From assembly GCA_047495785.1 (NCBI GenBank), contig JBLDXI010000042.1:2232001-2296000 (forward strand): a DNA stretch of 64,000 bases, written 5' to 3'. Made by a program: the position numbers and the translations under genes. Under the pieces are notes generated by a model. It was not told the origin of the DNA, searched no databases, and was given only the letters and a program-made list of their open reading frames with translations. How positions within the stretch are numbered: the first letter of the stretch is position 1; each line of letters starts with the position of its first letter. Origin of the DNA: Lepidodermella squamata (Eukaryota; Animalia; Gastrotricha). Of this stretch, positions 23,577-35,488 are shown piece after piece.

Positions 23577-24525
23577 TTTTTTCACCTAAATTCTAATTTT
23601 CGAGAAAAATGAAAACGAGTGGGCTCCAAAATATTTTCCAGCTTTCGTTTTCGAAGTCCTGTAATCTGATTGATATGACGCCTAAATTCGATGTTGTGTA
23701 TAGATCAGCTAAAATCAACGAACTGGCTGCTAAATTGATCAGCAACAGGTACGATGAATACAAATGCAACGATATCTGCGTCATAAAAATTAGATTTACA
23801 TAAGCCGGCAAAATGAACTTCGTCGTATCTTTGCAGCTTCGTCACTCATTTTTTGGCATTTTATTTTCGTACGCTCATTTCTTCATTATTATTTGCGCTC
23901 ATATAATATTATTGTAAACACACGCCGTGAAATATCAGATGTAGAAGAATAGAATTAAAATAATCGCAATAATACAATACATATTTCTCACAAAAATATT
24001 TCTCCCCAAGTTGCGACAAGTTATACTCATTTTGATATCCGCGAAAATTACACGGCGGCGATGAAGAAATTATAGAAAAAATACACATATATATCATTCA
24101 ATAATGATAGATAATATTTTACGCGCTGTTGACAAATTATTCAATAATAATCATCATAAAAATGACAAAAGCAAAAGTGAGTGAGCAAATTTTAGTCATT
24201 AGTTTTTTTCTTATTTTTTTTATTGATCGGTGTCATCATCCTTCATCTGCATATAGCGCGCTGTTTCACTCTTCAGGTATTTCAAATATATAAGAATACA
24301 GCGACCACCAGGTGAATAAAAAATCGAAGAAAAAATGAGAAAAATAACAAGTCCGTCACCAGCGACATAGATGATACAGTTAAAATTCACCAGTTGAAAG
24401 CAGCCTTTCTTGAGACAACAGAATAAATTCAGAATATTCTAGAATATTTTTAGCAACATTTTTTTAATATCATTATTATACATATTGTGGCGACGTGAGA
24501 GTTCATCTTATTTTTTCCGCGCGAT

Positions 24526-27500
24526 TCATATGCACGATTCAAGCTCACATAAGATGACAAGCATCGCCGCATTATTGGACGTTGGCGTTGTTGTCAGCTT
24601 GGCTGCTGTAGTCGGCAAACAATCACCATCGACGCCGGTGGTTTCAACTAAAGGCCTCTTTAAGGGAGATTGCGAATTATTATTCAAATTTAAAATATAA
24701 TTATTATTATTGTTTTGATTATTATTATTATTACTGTTTTTCGATTGATTTTTTGTTCGCCTAAATTTAAGATTACAATCGTCACCTGCGTGTTTAACCG
24801 ACGACTCGCTACTCGCACTGCTAACGCCACTACTTCGCTCGCCGTCATCATCGCGGCTCGAAGTTTTTTCAGCAGTAGCATCTTTCACAGGCTCATTATT
24901 TATGTTTTCACTGGCTTTTCTCATCACTGGCAACATGGCGAACGACGCTGGCGGCTCGTCGGCGAAGTGCACCGATCGCTGGCGGGACAGCGTTGAATTG
25001 TAACTGCTTTCCGGCGGCTTCAACGGCGCTGCTTCTTCATTATCGGCCGATGAGACTACATAATTAATCGGCCGCCTTAGCAACGACCCGTTCCGCAGCG
25101 GGGTCGCGCCGCCGAATGACGTTTCGTCATTGATCGGCGCCAGGCGACTGGCGGACGGCGATGGCGAGATGCCGCCGATAGCGCTGTTTCGCCTCGGAAT
25201 CGACGAGCCGGCGTTCGACGGGACTCGGGTTACCCCGGACCTAACATTCGACGTCGAATTGAACTGCCGCTGGCCTACGGATTGTTTAAACCTCGGCGAG
25301 CAGCAGCGTTTGAACATGCTGATGAAATCGGCGCGGAAAATTTGATCGCTCGCCAGGTAAATAATGCCATTCACCGAGTACGTCAGCCCCGATATTGTCC
25401 TAGCGGCGAAGCTGAGGTTATTGAAAATATCCGTCGGCATTTCGGTGATTTTCGCCTTGGCTTGCGTCGTCGTCTGGCCGGGTTGGATGAAGTAGGAGTA
25501 AATCAACCAGACGATGAAGTACGGTAGGTTAAGCAGGATGAAGCAGGAACTGAGTACCAGCATGACAGTCAGCTTGTCTGGGACTAGACTCGACCCGCCG
25601 GAGACTACGGACATGATGCGGGTTCGGTTGTTGTTAGACGCGGTCGCTCCGAACTGGTCGTGGTGGTGCTGGTGCTGCTCGCGTTGTAAGCTGTTGGCCG
25701 TGCCTTTTCGCGAGATCGGTACCGCGTTGGAACCGCCGCCGCCGCTGTTCTGCGCCGAGGCGGTTGTTGGGGTCAGCAATTGGCCGTCGCGGTGCCGCAC
25801 GACGTAGAGAACGTTAAAGTCGAAGACGATAATTAATAGGAAAGGCAACAGCATAATGAAGACGCCGAAGTACAGCGTGTCGTAGAGCTCGCCGAATTTG
25901 CGAAATTCCGGCCGCACAACGCACACCGGGTTCGGCGTCGGCTCGCCAAGCATTGCGTCGATAAATTCGGAAGAATTCATGCCCTGGAAATAATGATAAA
26001 CGATTAATATTCGAAAATCAAGGATAAGAAAATCGCACAAAATCACGTCAATGATAACTAAGTTGAACTCAAGGAAAACTCTAGGCTAAAGATACATAAG
26101 GATAGATTCGGTTTCAAAGAACGACTAGTCGGGTTAGGAGATCAAACCTCAATAAAAAATAACTCCTGTAATTGCTTGTGATAATAATTTAAACATATGA
26201 AATAAAATTGAACTAAAAAGAGACATGACTAACGTAAATGAATTGAAATTTTTTATTTCATTTTAAATCGAGGATACTAAAGTGCTTATAGATCAAAGTG
26301 CTTTCGGGGTAACACGATATCAATTTCCGCGACTTTTAAAACGCGCCAGTGACATTAGGACTTTAACCTTTTGCATCAAATTTCAATTGATTTTTAGTAA
26401 AGCGAGTGAACCAGCTATCTTTGTTTTGAACATTCCCAATCAAATGCGATTATTCATAATCTAGCTAAATTATGCTCGTCTCTCTAAACTCGACTTTTTT
26501 ACTTCATCAAATAGGAACTCCAGTTCCTGTAACCCGTTGAAAAAAAGATATCGAAATAAAATTGGGTCAAGTTCAACTTACAGTGTTTTTATTGCCAGTA
26601 TTGCTGCCGAAAACATGAAGAAGAGCCTGTAACATGCGGTGGTCGACCTGTGTCGTCGTGATGGGCTTCGATTCGTCGTAGACGTAGCTGTAACTCGACG
26701 AGCCATTCCTCAGCGTTGCGTAGTCGCCGTACAGACTACTCGCCGTAGATCCAGGCGTTTGCGTCGCAACGCCCTCCGAAGAGGAATAGCTCGGCAGAGA
26801 CGCGGCCGCATTGCCGCCCGGCCAGTTGGACAGGTGGCTGAGCATCGCTTGGCGCGTGGCCACGTCGGCGTTGTAGTTGGGCGACGACGTCAGCAGTGAC
26901 TTGTAGTCGAAGAAAGAATCAGCCGCTTCGTAGTTGTACGTCGGCGCGGCGCCGGTTGTTGGCGACACCGCTGTCAGATCCAAGTTCAGCCGCGATTGCA
27001 TCAACGGCGGCTTGAGCGAACTTATCAGCAGGCCGCTTAACACCGTCATAAATATGAATATCCGCGTCAGCCGCGTTTGAAATGTCAGCCGTTTGAATGG
27101 AAATCGAATGCTAGAAACAAAAAAATTTAGCTGAATTTTTTCCGAACATTCTTCAGTCAAAGCTTTACCTGTAAAAGCGTTCGAAGGTGAAGAGAACCCG
27201 CAGCCAAGCGGATATGAAACGGGATGAATAGCTGAGGAATAGAATGGTGTAACACCGCCACGAATCGTAAACCGAATTCGAGAGGTATTTAGCCGACGGA
27301 TCGAGGGTGGTTATGCCTCGTTTTATCCATTCGGGAAAAACGTAAAACAACAGGACTATTGTGTCACTGATGCCTAGGCTGTAAAAAAAAAAATATAGGA
27401 GTATTAAAAATAAATATTCCTCCTTAAAAATGCAAAGCAAATTTAACCCAGATTTTCCCAACCTAATTATAGCAGCGCGCTTAAATTCTAAGCGTGGGTC

Positions 27501-28074
27501 ATCATAAAAAATAAAGCCAGTGCGTCGTAATAAAATGAATCAGCCGAAATCCCTGATTGATGATTTTTCATTTTTTTTTGGCACGCTTTACGGATTGCAT
27601 TTTTTGCGAATTTTTGAAAATTTAAACAAGACATACCAGAGCAAATACTGAGATCGAGCATATTTACTGCAACGGGATCCTGGTAAATTAAAAAGAAATA
27701 TTTAAATTAATTTTTAATAAACATCTAATGCTTCACATACCCCACATAAAGACGACAAGTGAAAGCAGATTGCCAACGAGCCCGAGGAAAATAAGAAATG
27801 GCGAAGTGTAGGCGAATAGGACGTTGCCGAAGACGTGGTTCGACGACGGCGCTATTGTCGAAGCGATAGTCGACGTCATCAGCGCCGTCACGTTCATGGC
27901 CGCGTCGAAATCAGCCATGGTGACGCTGCTGAGGCTCGACGGCGGCGTGCTGTTGGCGCCGCTCATCAGCGACGACATGAGGGCGGTGAAATAGCTCGGT
28001 TCGCCGCCGCCGCCACCGCCCAGCATGCCAGGCGTCGTGCTCGGCTTATCGAACAGCCTGTCCTCCGACGTCAT
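24526..28074 (-). CDS. Rhodopsin-class peptide GPCR 2. Exons about 28074-27741, 27679-27637, 27378-27169, 27110-26582, 25984-24526
   Basis: TM1 YTSPFLIFLGLVGNLL, a micro-exon giving SQYLLC|LGISD (TM2), TM3 SAWLRVLFTFERFY|SIRFP, ECL2 Cys, TM5 LLPFLLIIVFD, TM6 FILLNLPY, TM7 YSVNGIIYLASDQIFR and a long Ser/Asn-rich tail. Confidence 0.88.
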
Positions 28075-31000
28075 TTAAATCACGTTCAGCAAAAAATAAA
28101 AACGTTCTCTGGCCATTCTACGATCGAAAATCCTAGAAAATATATAGAATTATTTCTTGAAAAAAATGAATAATAAAATCGAGAATAGCAGCACGTGTTG
28201 ATCCTATAGCAGCCGTGCTAATTCTGTAATAAATGATCTGAGAGGTTTCAATGTTGGCGAGACAGAAATCACCTTTGAAAGGCTTATCGTGCAAAATTTA
28301 GACAGGATTAGAACAGAGGCAGATAGTACATAAGCATTAAAAGCAAGCAGTATTATCATAATTATACTGTTAAGTAGTATATAATGAAGATATGCGAAGT
28401 TGAAAAAACTGCCGACGTATGGTATTATTGCGGATATGATGCCTGCTGATGGCGATAGATAGATGGATGGTTGGCAACTTCGTTTGCACGTTTTTTCTTG
28501 TATTGCGCGGTGACATGAAGCGCATCGAGAAGCGCGCGCGCGCGCTATTTTTCATTAATATGGCCCGCTCATATACGCGCGTATTATCAGCGACTAATAG
28601 TCGATGTTGTTTTGCTTACAGCATGACACGCTGCTGAAGCGAGCACCGAAGATAGATTTTTCTGCCGCGCGCGTTTTTTCCGCCACGCCGCGTAACACTT
28701 TGTGCGCATTATCGCGCGCGCGCATGAAAAGTGAGCAGCGGATGCTGCGGATGAGAAAAAACTTTGTTAAAACTCAACGGCGCCGCTCAAGAGCGAGAAA
28801 GTACGAAATGAAATTATTGAATTTTACTCGTATTTTGCAGTGGGCATCGCCATTTTACCGATCATTACTGAAGCGTAATTGGATTCTTTGGCATCCGCGA
28901 TTGTAATACCTTGCGATGTTTGTGTTATTGTGTTCTTTGAGCTGAGTGACGAAATGTTATCGGATGCTGCTGTTATGTGGGCGATGAGGCGGAAACAGAA
29001 CATAACTCTTAGCGCACCTTTTTTCATCGATGGCATAGAAAAAGAAATATTCTGGCGAATAATCAAAAATTTCGCTTGTAATCCACTTCAGAAACAATGG
29101 GAATAATATAACAAGGTTATTCAGTTTTGCGAATTTTTAAAACCAGTTTATCTAGGATTACAAAAATCAATAGTTATCGGGAAAAAATTTCGGCCGCTAT
29201 TTTTAAATTTAAAGACATAGGTGGGATTTATGATAAAAATCGGGTAAGTTTTATATGGCCAAGCTTTCGCAAATATAAAAGGCAACAAATTCTAAATATG
29301 ACCGCAATAGCTTGTACTATACTGTATTGTGATAACCTAAGCCAAGACTTTTTTATTTTAGCAGTTAACGAGATAATAATGTAATCGTCGCTAAATTTTT
29401 CGCCAAACATGATTGCGCCGTTACGCAAAAAACTGCCGCATTTTTGATGTGTGTATATTGCGCGCCCTTTGTGTTCGAGCAAGGCCGATCGAGTGATGGT
29501 GAGCGCGTGGCGGAAGGAACTAGAAAATCAAAATTATCTGATATAAAAATTGACTTGCAAAGTGCAGAGATTGGCGACGCTAATTTCCGCTGCCTATCCA
29601 GCTGTGTTTTTCTCGTCCGCTGTTCTTTCGCAGCCGGCAGGCAGCAGCGCTGAGAGCATCCGCGCAGGTAGGTACATGCGGTAAAATTATCGTACTTTGC
29701 GGTGGCGAAAATCGCGGCCGCGTCCTCATAAGCCCTGCCAGAGGTCACTAATTTTTCGCAGATAAAAAAAATTACCGCCGGCGTTTGAGGTCGAAAATCA
29801 ATCAGGTCGGAGCATATTATAGGACGGAAAATAAAAATAAGTTTAGCTCAGGCTATATTCTACTTTTTAGGTAATAAGATAGCTAAACTGAAAATAAGAG
29901 TAACTAATTTGAAACTTCAGGTATAAGTCCGAGTGAGGGTAAACACGACATGCCTAATTTATAATGGGATTTAGTTTCTATCCTACCGCGCTATAACGTA
30001 GGTACTGTTGTTTGAGACTGCACGTGATTCCTACAATAATATATTAATCTGAAAATAGAATCATAAACAAAAGAAAATTAACTGTCCACTCTTGCGTGGA
30101 CAGACAGATATCCCCTGTATTTCGATTACAGCTTAGAGGAGCGCTGTTCCAAATTTTGAGAATAGGAGGTAAAAGGTTGACTAGTATCTTAAAAAAGTTC
30201 AAATTTGGTAGCGAAATAGGTTGAAACATCCAATATCGAAGGAGAATTGAAAATAACCATGTTAAAGCATTCGTCAGTTATATTCTTGTTTTATTGTTTC
30301 GAGCGTATAGCAGGCAGCTTTGAATCAACAAAAGAACTTGGAGGACAATATCTTGGCAACTGACCGCGCGCACAGAAAAATCGTTCGCTTAGGAAACAAT
30401 GCAATAGCAATTCGGTCAATAAAATGTGCGACTTTCTAATTGATAAACACTCAACGCGGCTGTCTATGTATGTATGTGGTTTTATCCGTCACCATCGGGT
30501 GGGTTTGCGTTGGTGCGCGTAAATAATTCGTTATATAGTTCGATACTGATAAAGGCTGACCGATTTGCAAAGAATGCAATGCAAAGAAAAAAATGACCAA
30601 CAGCTTGGATAATGTTCGAAATTCGAAGGCGTTTCAAGAGGGTTAAATGGAGATTTCAAGGACAATATTGCCTTTCAAAGGCTTGAATAAAATGTCCATC
30701 TTTAATGTGACCTATACAGAAAGGTGCGTTTAATGAGGCACAAGTGCTGAAAAACGAGAAAAGCGCCTCAGGTGAGGCGATTGACGTCTGCATCAATAGG
30801 GCTCAATTCATGCCTCATGCGAACTCTTAAATCCGTATACTGCCGAATCAAAAGGCAATAATTATGATGTTAGAAGATCAAAGTTTTAGATATACCCGGA
30901 AGCAGGACTGATTTGCTCTAGACACTCTTAATTAGGAGGGACCTGCTTTACTTTTCACGACTTAAAAGCAAGCTTAAATAATTCAAGTTTTTACCTCTTA

Positions 31001-31834
31001 CATATAGAAGAGAGTGAATTGATTATCTTATCAACTTCGAGCTCGAAGTATAATGTGTTTTTCTTTGAAGACCCGTAGAGGTAAACGAAGCATAGAATAA
31101 CAATGATACTGGTTTTTCTGCGCACAATCGCACGATATGTTATACATTTCGCGCTTTAGCTCTATATACTCATCTTAGATCGGGTAAAAAGTATCCAGCG
31201 TGAAAGAATGTATGGCAGCGAGTCTATTTTTTTTTCTAAACCGAGGTTATGCCGTCGATAGCTGCCGAAATATTGGGAAAAAATAATCAATTATGCCAGA
31301 TGTGAAAATCATCTTATTCCCAAGGATCGCCGCATCAGTCTGAAACACAATGGCCAAGCTCTCTTTTACCCACGCTTATTCAGAAGATTCGCAATAAAAA
31401 TATGAAAAGCAAATCAAACTGGAGTTTTTTGACGATTTAGGGTGAACTTAATAGATTTTTTTATAGACCTTCGGATAACCCTATTCATAACAATGTCATG
31501 CCTCTTTCCATTTTAGTGGTGTAGACAAAAAAATGATCCCGGAAACCATATAAGCTGGAGTAAATATTTGTGTACTACGGTTCAGAATTCGGACGCCGTC
31601 CGATTTCCATTATGAATTGATGGTTCGGCCTACAAAAATAATTACAAAAATTATGAAAATTATTAAGGTGGGCTTTTCTTTCGTTTTTATGTTATGAAAT
31701 TTCGATTAGGAAATGACAAACTGCGCGAACTTACGTATAATTGATGAATGTCTCATTCTGTAAAATTTATGGAATTTTATTATACGCCTTATTATTCTGA
31801 AATAAATAAATATTGGTCCAAATATTTGCACTTT

Positions 31835-32290
31835 GCACCACTAAAATGAGGTTCCAGCACTAGATTTAAGCGTCTTGGTACTATAAATGTTTCAAAGTCT
31901 TAGCGATTTCGTTGTTTTCCTTTTCCGATCGATACTGATGCCCTCCCTGAACATAGGACTTTTATTTTAGCAACCTGGCGCCCTGAGCTATTACAAAGAA
32001 AAATTAATGATGTTGGGTTCCACGACGGCTGAAATCGGAAAAATCACCGATTTGTAAAATCGATAATTGGAATCGATATCAGCTCTGCTGGCTGAAATGT
32101 AACTCATAAACTGACCGCTCATAGCGCAAAATACGTGCAATATGAAGATCTGTCGGTTAGGCATGCGATAACAAAAAAATAGAGATTTCAGAGAGATTTC
32201 AGAAGACATGATTCTTGAAAAAGCATATTTACATATTATATATAGTGCTGGAGTCTCAAATTTAGTGCTGGAACCCTACATTTACGGTGC
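31835..32290. mobile_element. MITE family 2, best-preserved copy
   Basis: Terminal inverted repeats gcaccactaaaatgaggttccagcact and agtgctggaaccctacatttacggtgc enclose the shared core. Confidence 0.75.
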
Positions 32291-33799
32291 GCACTTGGAA
32301 CACTCAATAAATACTAGAAAATATGAATCACCTGAAAAATTGGGTCATTAACCATGTCCATATGTCTCGATTTGCTTGCTAACAATGATTAACATTTCAT
32401 TATGGTGTGAATGATGTTATTTGAAACATCGCTTAATTCCGTAAGTTTTTCATAATTTATATAACAAGACGAACCCCATGAGTAGCCCTTCGCTATACAA
32501 CAATTCCGCAGATAGCATATCTAACACATTGATTACACTTATATGCACGTTCTCAGCAATATCGATTCCGAATCGATCAAAGTCTCTTTGTAGAAAAATA
32601 CAAGTCGACTCCATATATATTTTTTCGAATAACATTTTTTTATTGTAACAGCATCGTTCATTCAATAATAACGATAATATTATTATTACGGTTTATTCGT
32701 ATTGCTGTGTGGCACACTTTTCAATCGGAGCTATCAGACATCATTAAATACCATATATTTTTTTATCAGTAGAACATCAACTATGCCATAAAATTGCTAT
32801 GTAATATTTCTCTAGTTGTTCAAATTTTTTCACACGCAACTCTCGATCATTGTAAAATTGTGTACATATGGCAAGAAAGTTCCAGTTAATTTGGAAATAC
32901 GCTGTGAAATTTAGCAGTAAAAAGGCAAGATTAAAACTGTTTCCTATGTACAGCAGTATGATAAGAAATGATAAGAACAGGAAAATTCTGCGTTGGAAGA
33001 GCAATGACTCCAATAAATAATCGTCGTAAAAATCGGACCTAGTTAGTCCAGTTATATAACAAGAAAGCCACTCGTGTGAAAAAACCGCAGTAGAAAACGT
33101 GGAAATAAGTTTCAGCAAATGAGAGAGGAAAAAAATGCAGCGAAAATTCTCTGCGCATAATTATTTACACCGAAAAATATCAGCAGTTGCGATACGGCAA
33201 TACACGGCATCAAAAGGTAGAAGCAGTACGGGAAGATCGAATAAACACCACCAAACTCAGCGCATTATACGAAATTTCAATCAGCGGTTTTGTTTTTTTG
33301 CAGATGAAAAAATGAGATCCAGACGCATATCTTCGCGATGTATCAAAAAAGACCACAATAAAAAAATTCGATAAACGAAGGCAAGATGTGAAAAAATCGA
33401 ATGCTACTTCACCCTGTGTAATCATATAATTATTCATACGATAGTTGAAAAAATCACCGTCTATAATGTAAAAATTACTCGATATTGACGAATGATATAT
33501 TATATATAGGATGAGAGGCGCGTATATAGTCGGAAGAGGTGTTTTCATCATTAATTGAAGAAAAATTCACACAGCAGTTTTTGACAAGAAAAAATGGCTA
33601 AATTATATAATTCACTACCTGTACACCCGATCAATCAACGCGTGTCCCAAAATTTGAATTTAACTATAAGGAATGATTAGTTGCTGTTGATAATAATATC
33701 GATGTGATATATTATATTTATATATAGGAATGTTTTTTTATGATAGAAATATTTTATTAATAAAATGAGGCACAAAATTTGGCTGGTATAAATCAGCAA

Positions 33800-35488
33800 T
33801 CAGCACTCAGTCTTGATTATAGCAGCAGGCTCTTCCTCTTGTTCAGTTTTGACTGGCTCACATGCGGCGGGGGTATCATTTGACTCGACATCGATGTGAC
33901 CGTCAAAGGGCGAGTCGCCGTGTTTGTCTGAGGGTGATGTTTGAGGCGGCGTGAGGGGGCAATTTTTCACCGCATCCGCCGTCAGCACATCAGGCAGGGC
34001 GCCTAGTTCGGTTTCATCGTTGAGCGAAGAGGTTGACGTGGCTGTTTGGACCGGAGCGCCGTCTTCCGACCCGACAACCGGCTCATCTAAAAGAGGCGAG
34101 TTGAGTTGACCAGCCGCTGACGGTGACGACGCGCTGCCGTTGTGAGGCGCGTCAATGTCACCCAATTCACCGGGTTCACCGCAGTTTTCACCCATCGCCG
34201 AGGCGTTGACGTTTTTGAACTGGTAAACCAGCCGCATGCCGCCGACCTTGGCGAGAATGCCGCGAGCGTAGTAGTAACGAAGCGCCCGGCCCATCGTCTC
34301 GTAATTCATCGCCGGCTTGTTTTTGTGCTCACCCCACAGCCGCGATACGGCCTTGGAATCGACAAGTTTGAACATGCCACGCTCGCGGTCGACCCATTGA
34401 ATGTAACGGGGTGACGTTGCCGGGTTTTCGAGCAGTTGCATGAGAAATTCCCATAGGTACAAGCACTGGCCGGTACGACGGCGCATCCAAAATTTGCTGC
34501 TGCTGCCATTCGAAGAATTGGCATCGGGTGATGTCGATTGAAATTCGTCGAGCTCGTGAGATGACGCACGATCGCTCGGCAGTGAGACCGTTTTCTTGAC
34601 GTCAAGGTCGATGGCTGAGTCATAGGGTGAATAGATCTCGCCTAATAAAAAAAATTGAGCTTAATTTTAAATTTCGAATTTCGAAAATTGAATAAAGAAG
34701 CAAATTTGATTTGTTTGCTAATTTTTTGCCAATGCGGCTTAAACCTCCAAAAAACTAGGTCACGCGAAATTCACAAATTCAGTTTTTGGGACATTCTGCT
34801 CTAAAAATGAAAATTAATCCCGAAATTCATTTTTTATTTCAAACGAACCATTTGATCTTTTCCGGGATAGCGGAAGAGGACGCGGAGCTGGGACACCCCC
34901 TGAACCGGGTGATGTTGATGAGGGGCGAAGAAGGTGTGCGAAGGAGTTGGCCGGCGTCGTCTGGAGGTGATGAGCCGTCAACGGAAGGGGCGACGAGCTG
35001 TTCGAGGCCTGCATCGGTGACGCGGCTGTCGACGAGCCGTTGAACATCAACTGCTCGGCGGATGAACTGCCGTCCGGCTTCAAAGCACTCATGCATTGTT
35101 GGAGCAGCAACTGCTGTTGCAACAACTGGTGAATCAGCATCAGAGCCGCTACGCCGTTATTGCCACCGTTGTTATCCGCCGTCGAGCCAGCAACGCCGTT
35201 AGGAAGCAAACTCAGTAATGACATAGGAAGTTGGGGTTGTGACGATTGTTGTTGCTGAGCGGCCATGAACGAGGCCAAAATTTGCGGGTTTAACATCGAA
35301 GCCAAGCTACCGGGTTCGGTTTTCGGTAATTTTACCGGCGGAGGTTGCAGTAGTAAATTCTGAGGGCCAGAAGCCGGTTGTGGCGACAGATCCATGCCGT
35401 TACTAACCGAAGGTTTCCGGCCAGCCGGTTTATTACTGCCCATTAACATTAGGCAGTCTTGCTTTTTATTGCTTAAATCAAGCGCCAT
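33800..35488 (-). CDS. ETS transcription factor, E74/ELF subfamily. Exons 35488-34849 and 34641-33800; upstream exons possible
   Basis: ETS domain [10 protein letters not shown]...[46 protein letters not shown], where DSKAVS and [12 protein letters not shown] are E74/ELF-type. A phase-1 intron joins the Gln-rich N-terminal exon. Confidence 0.92.
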
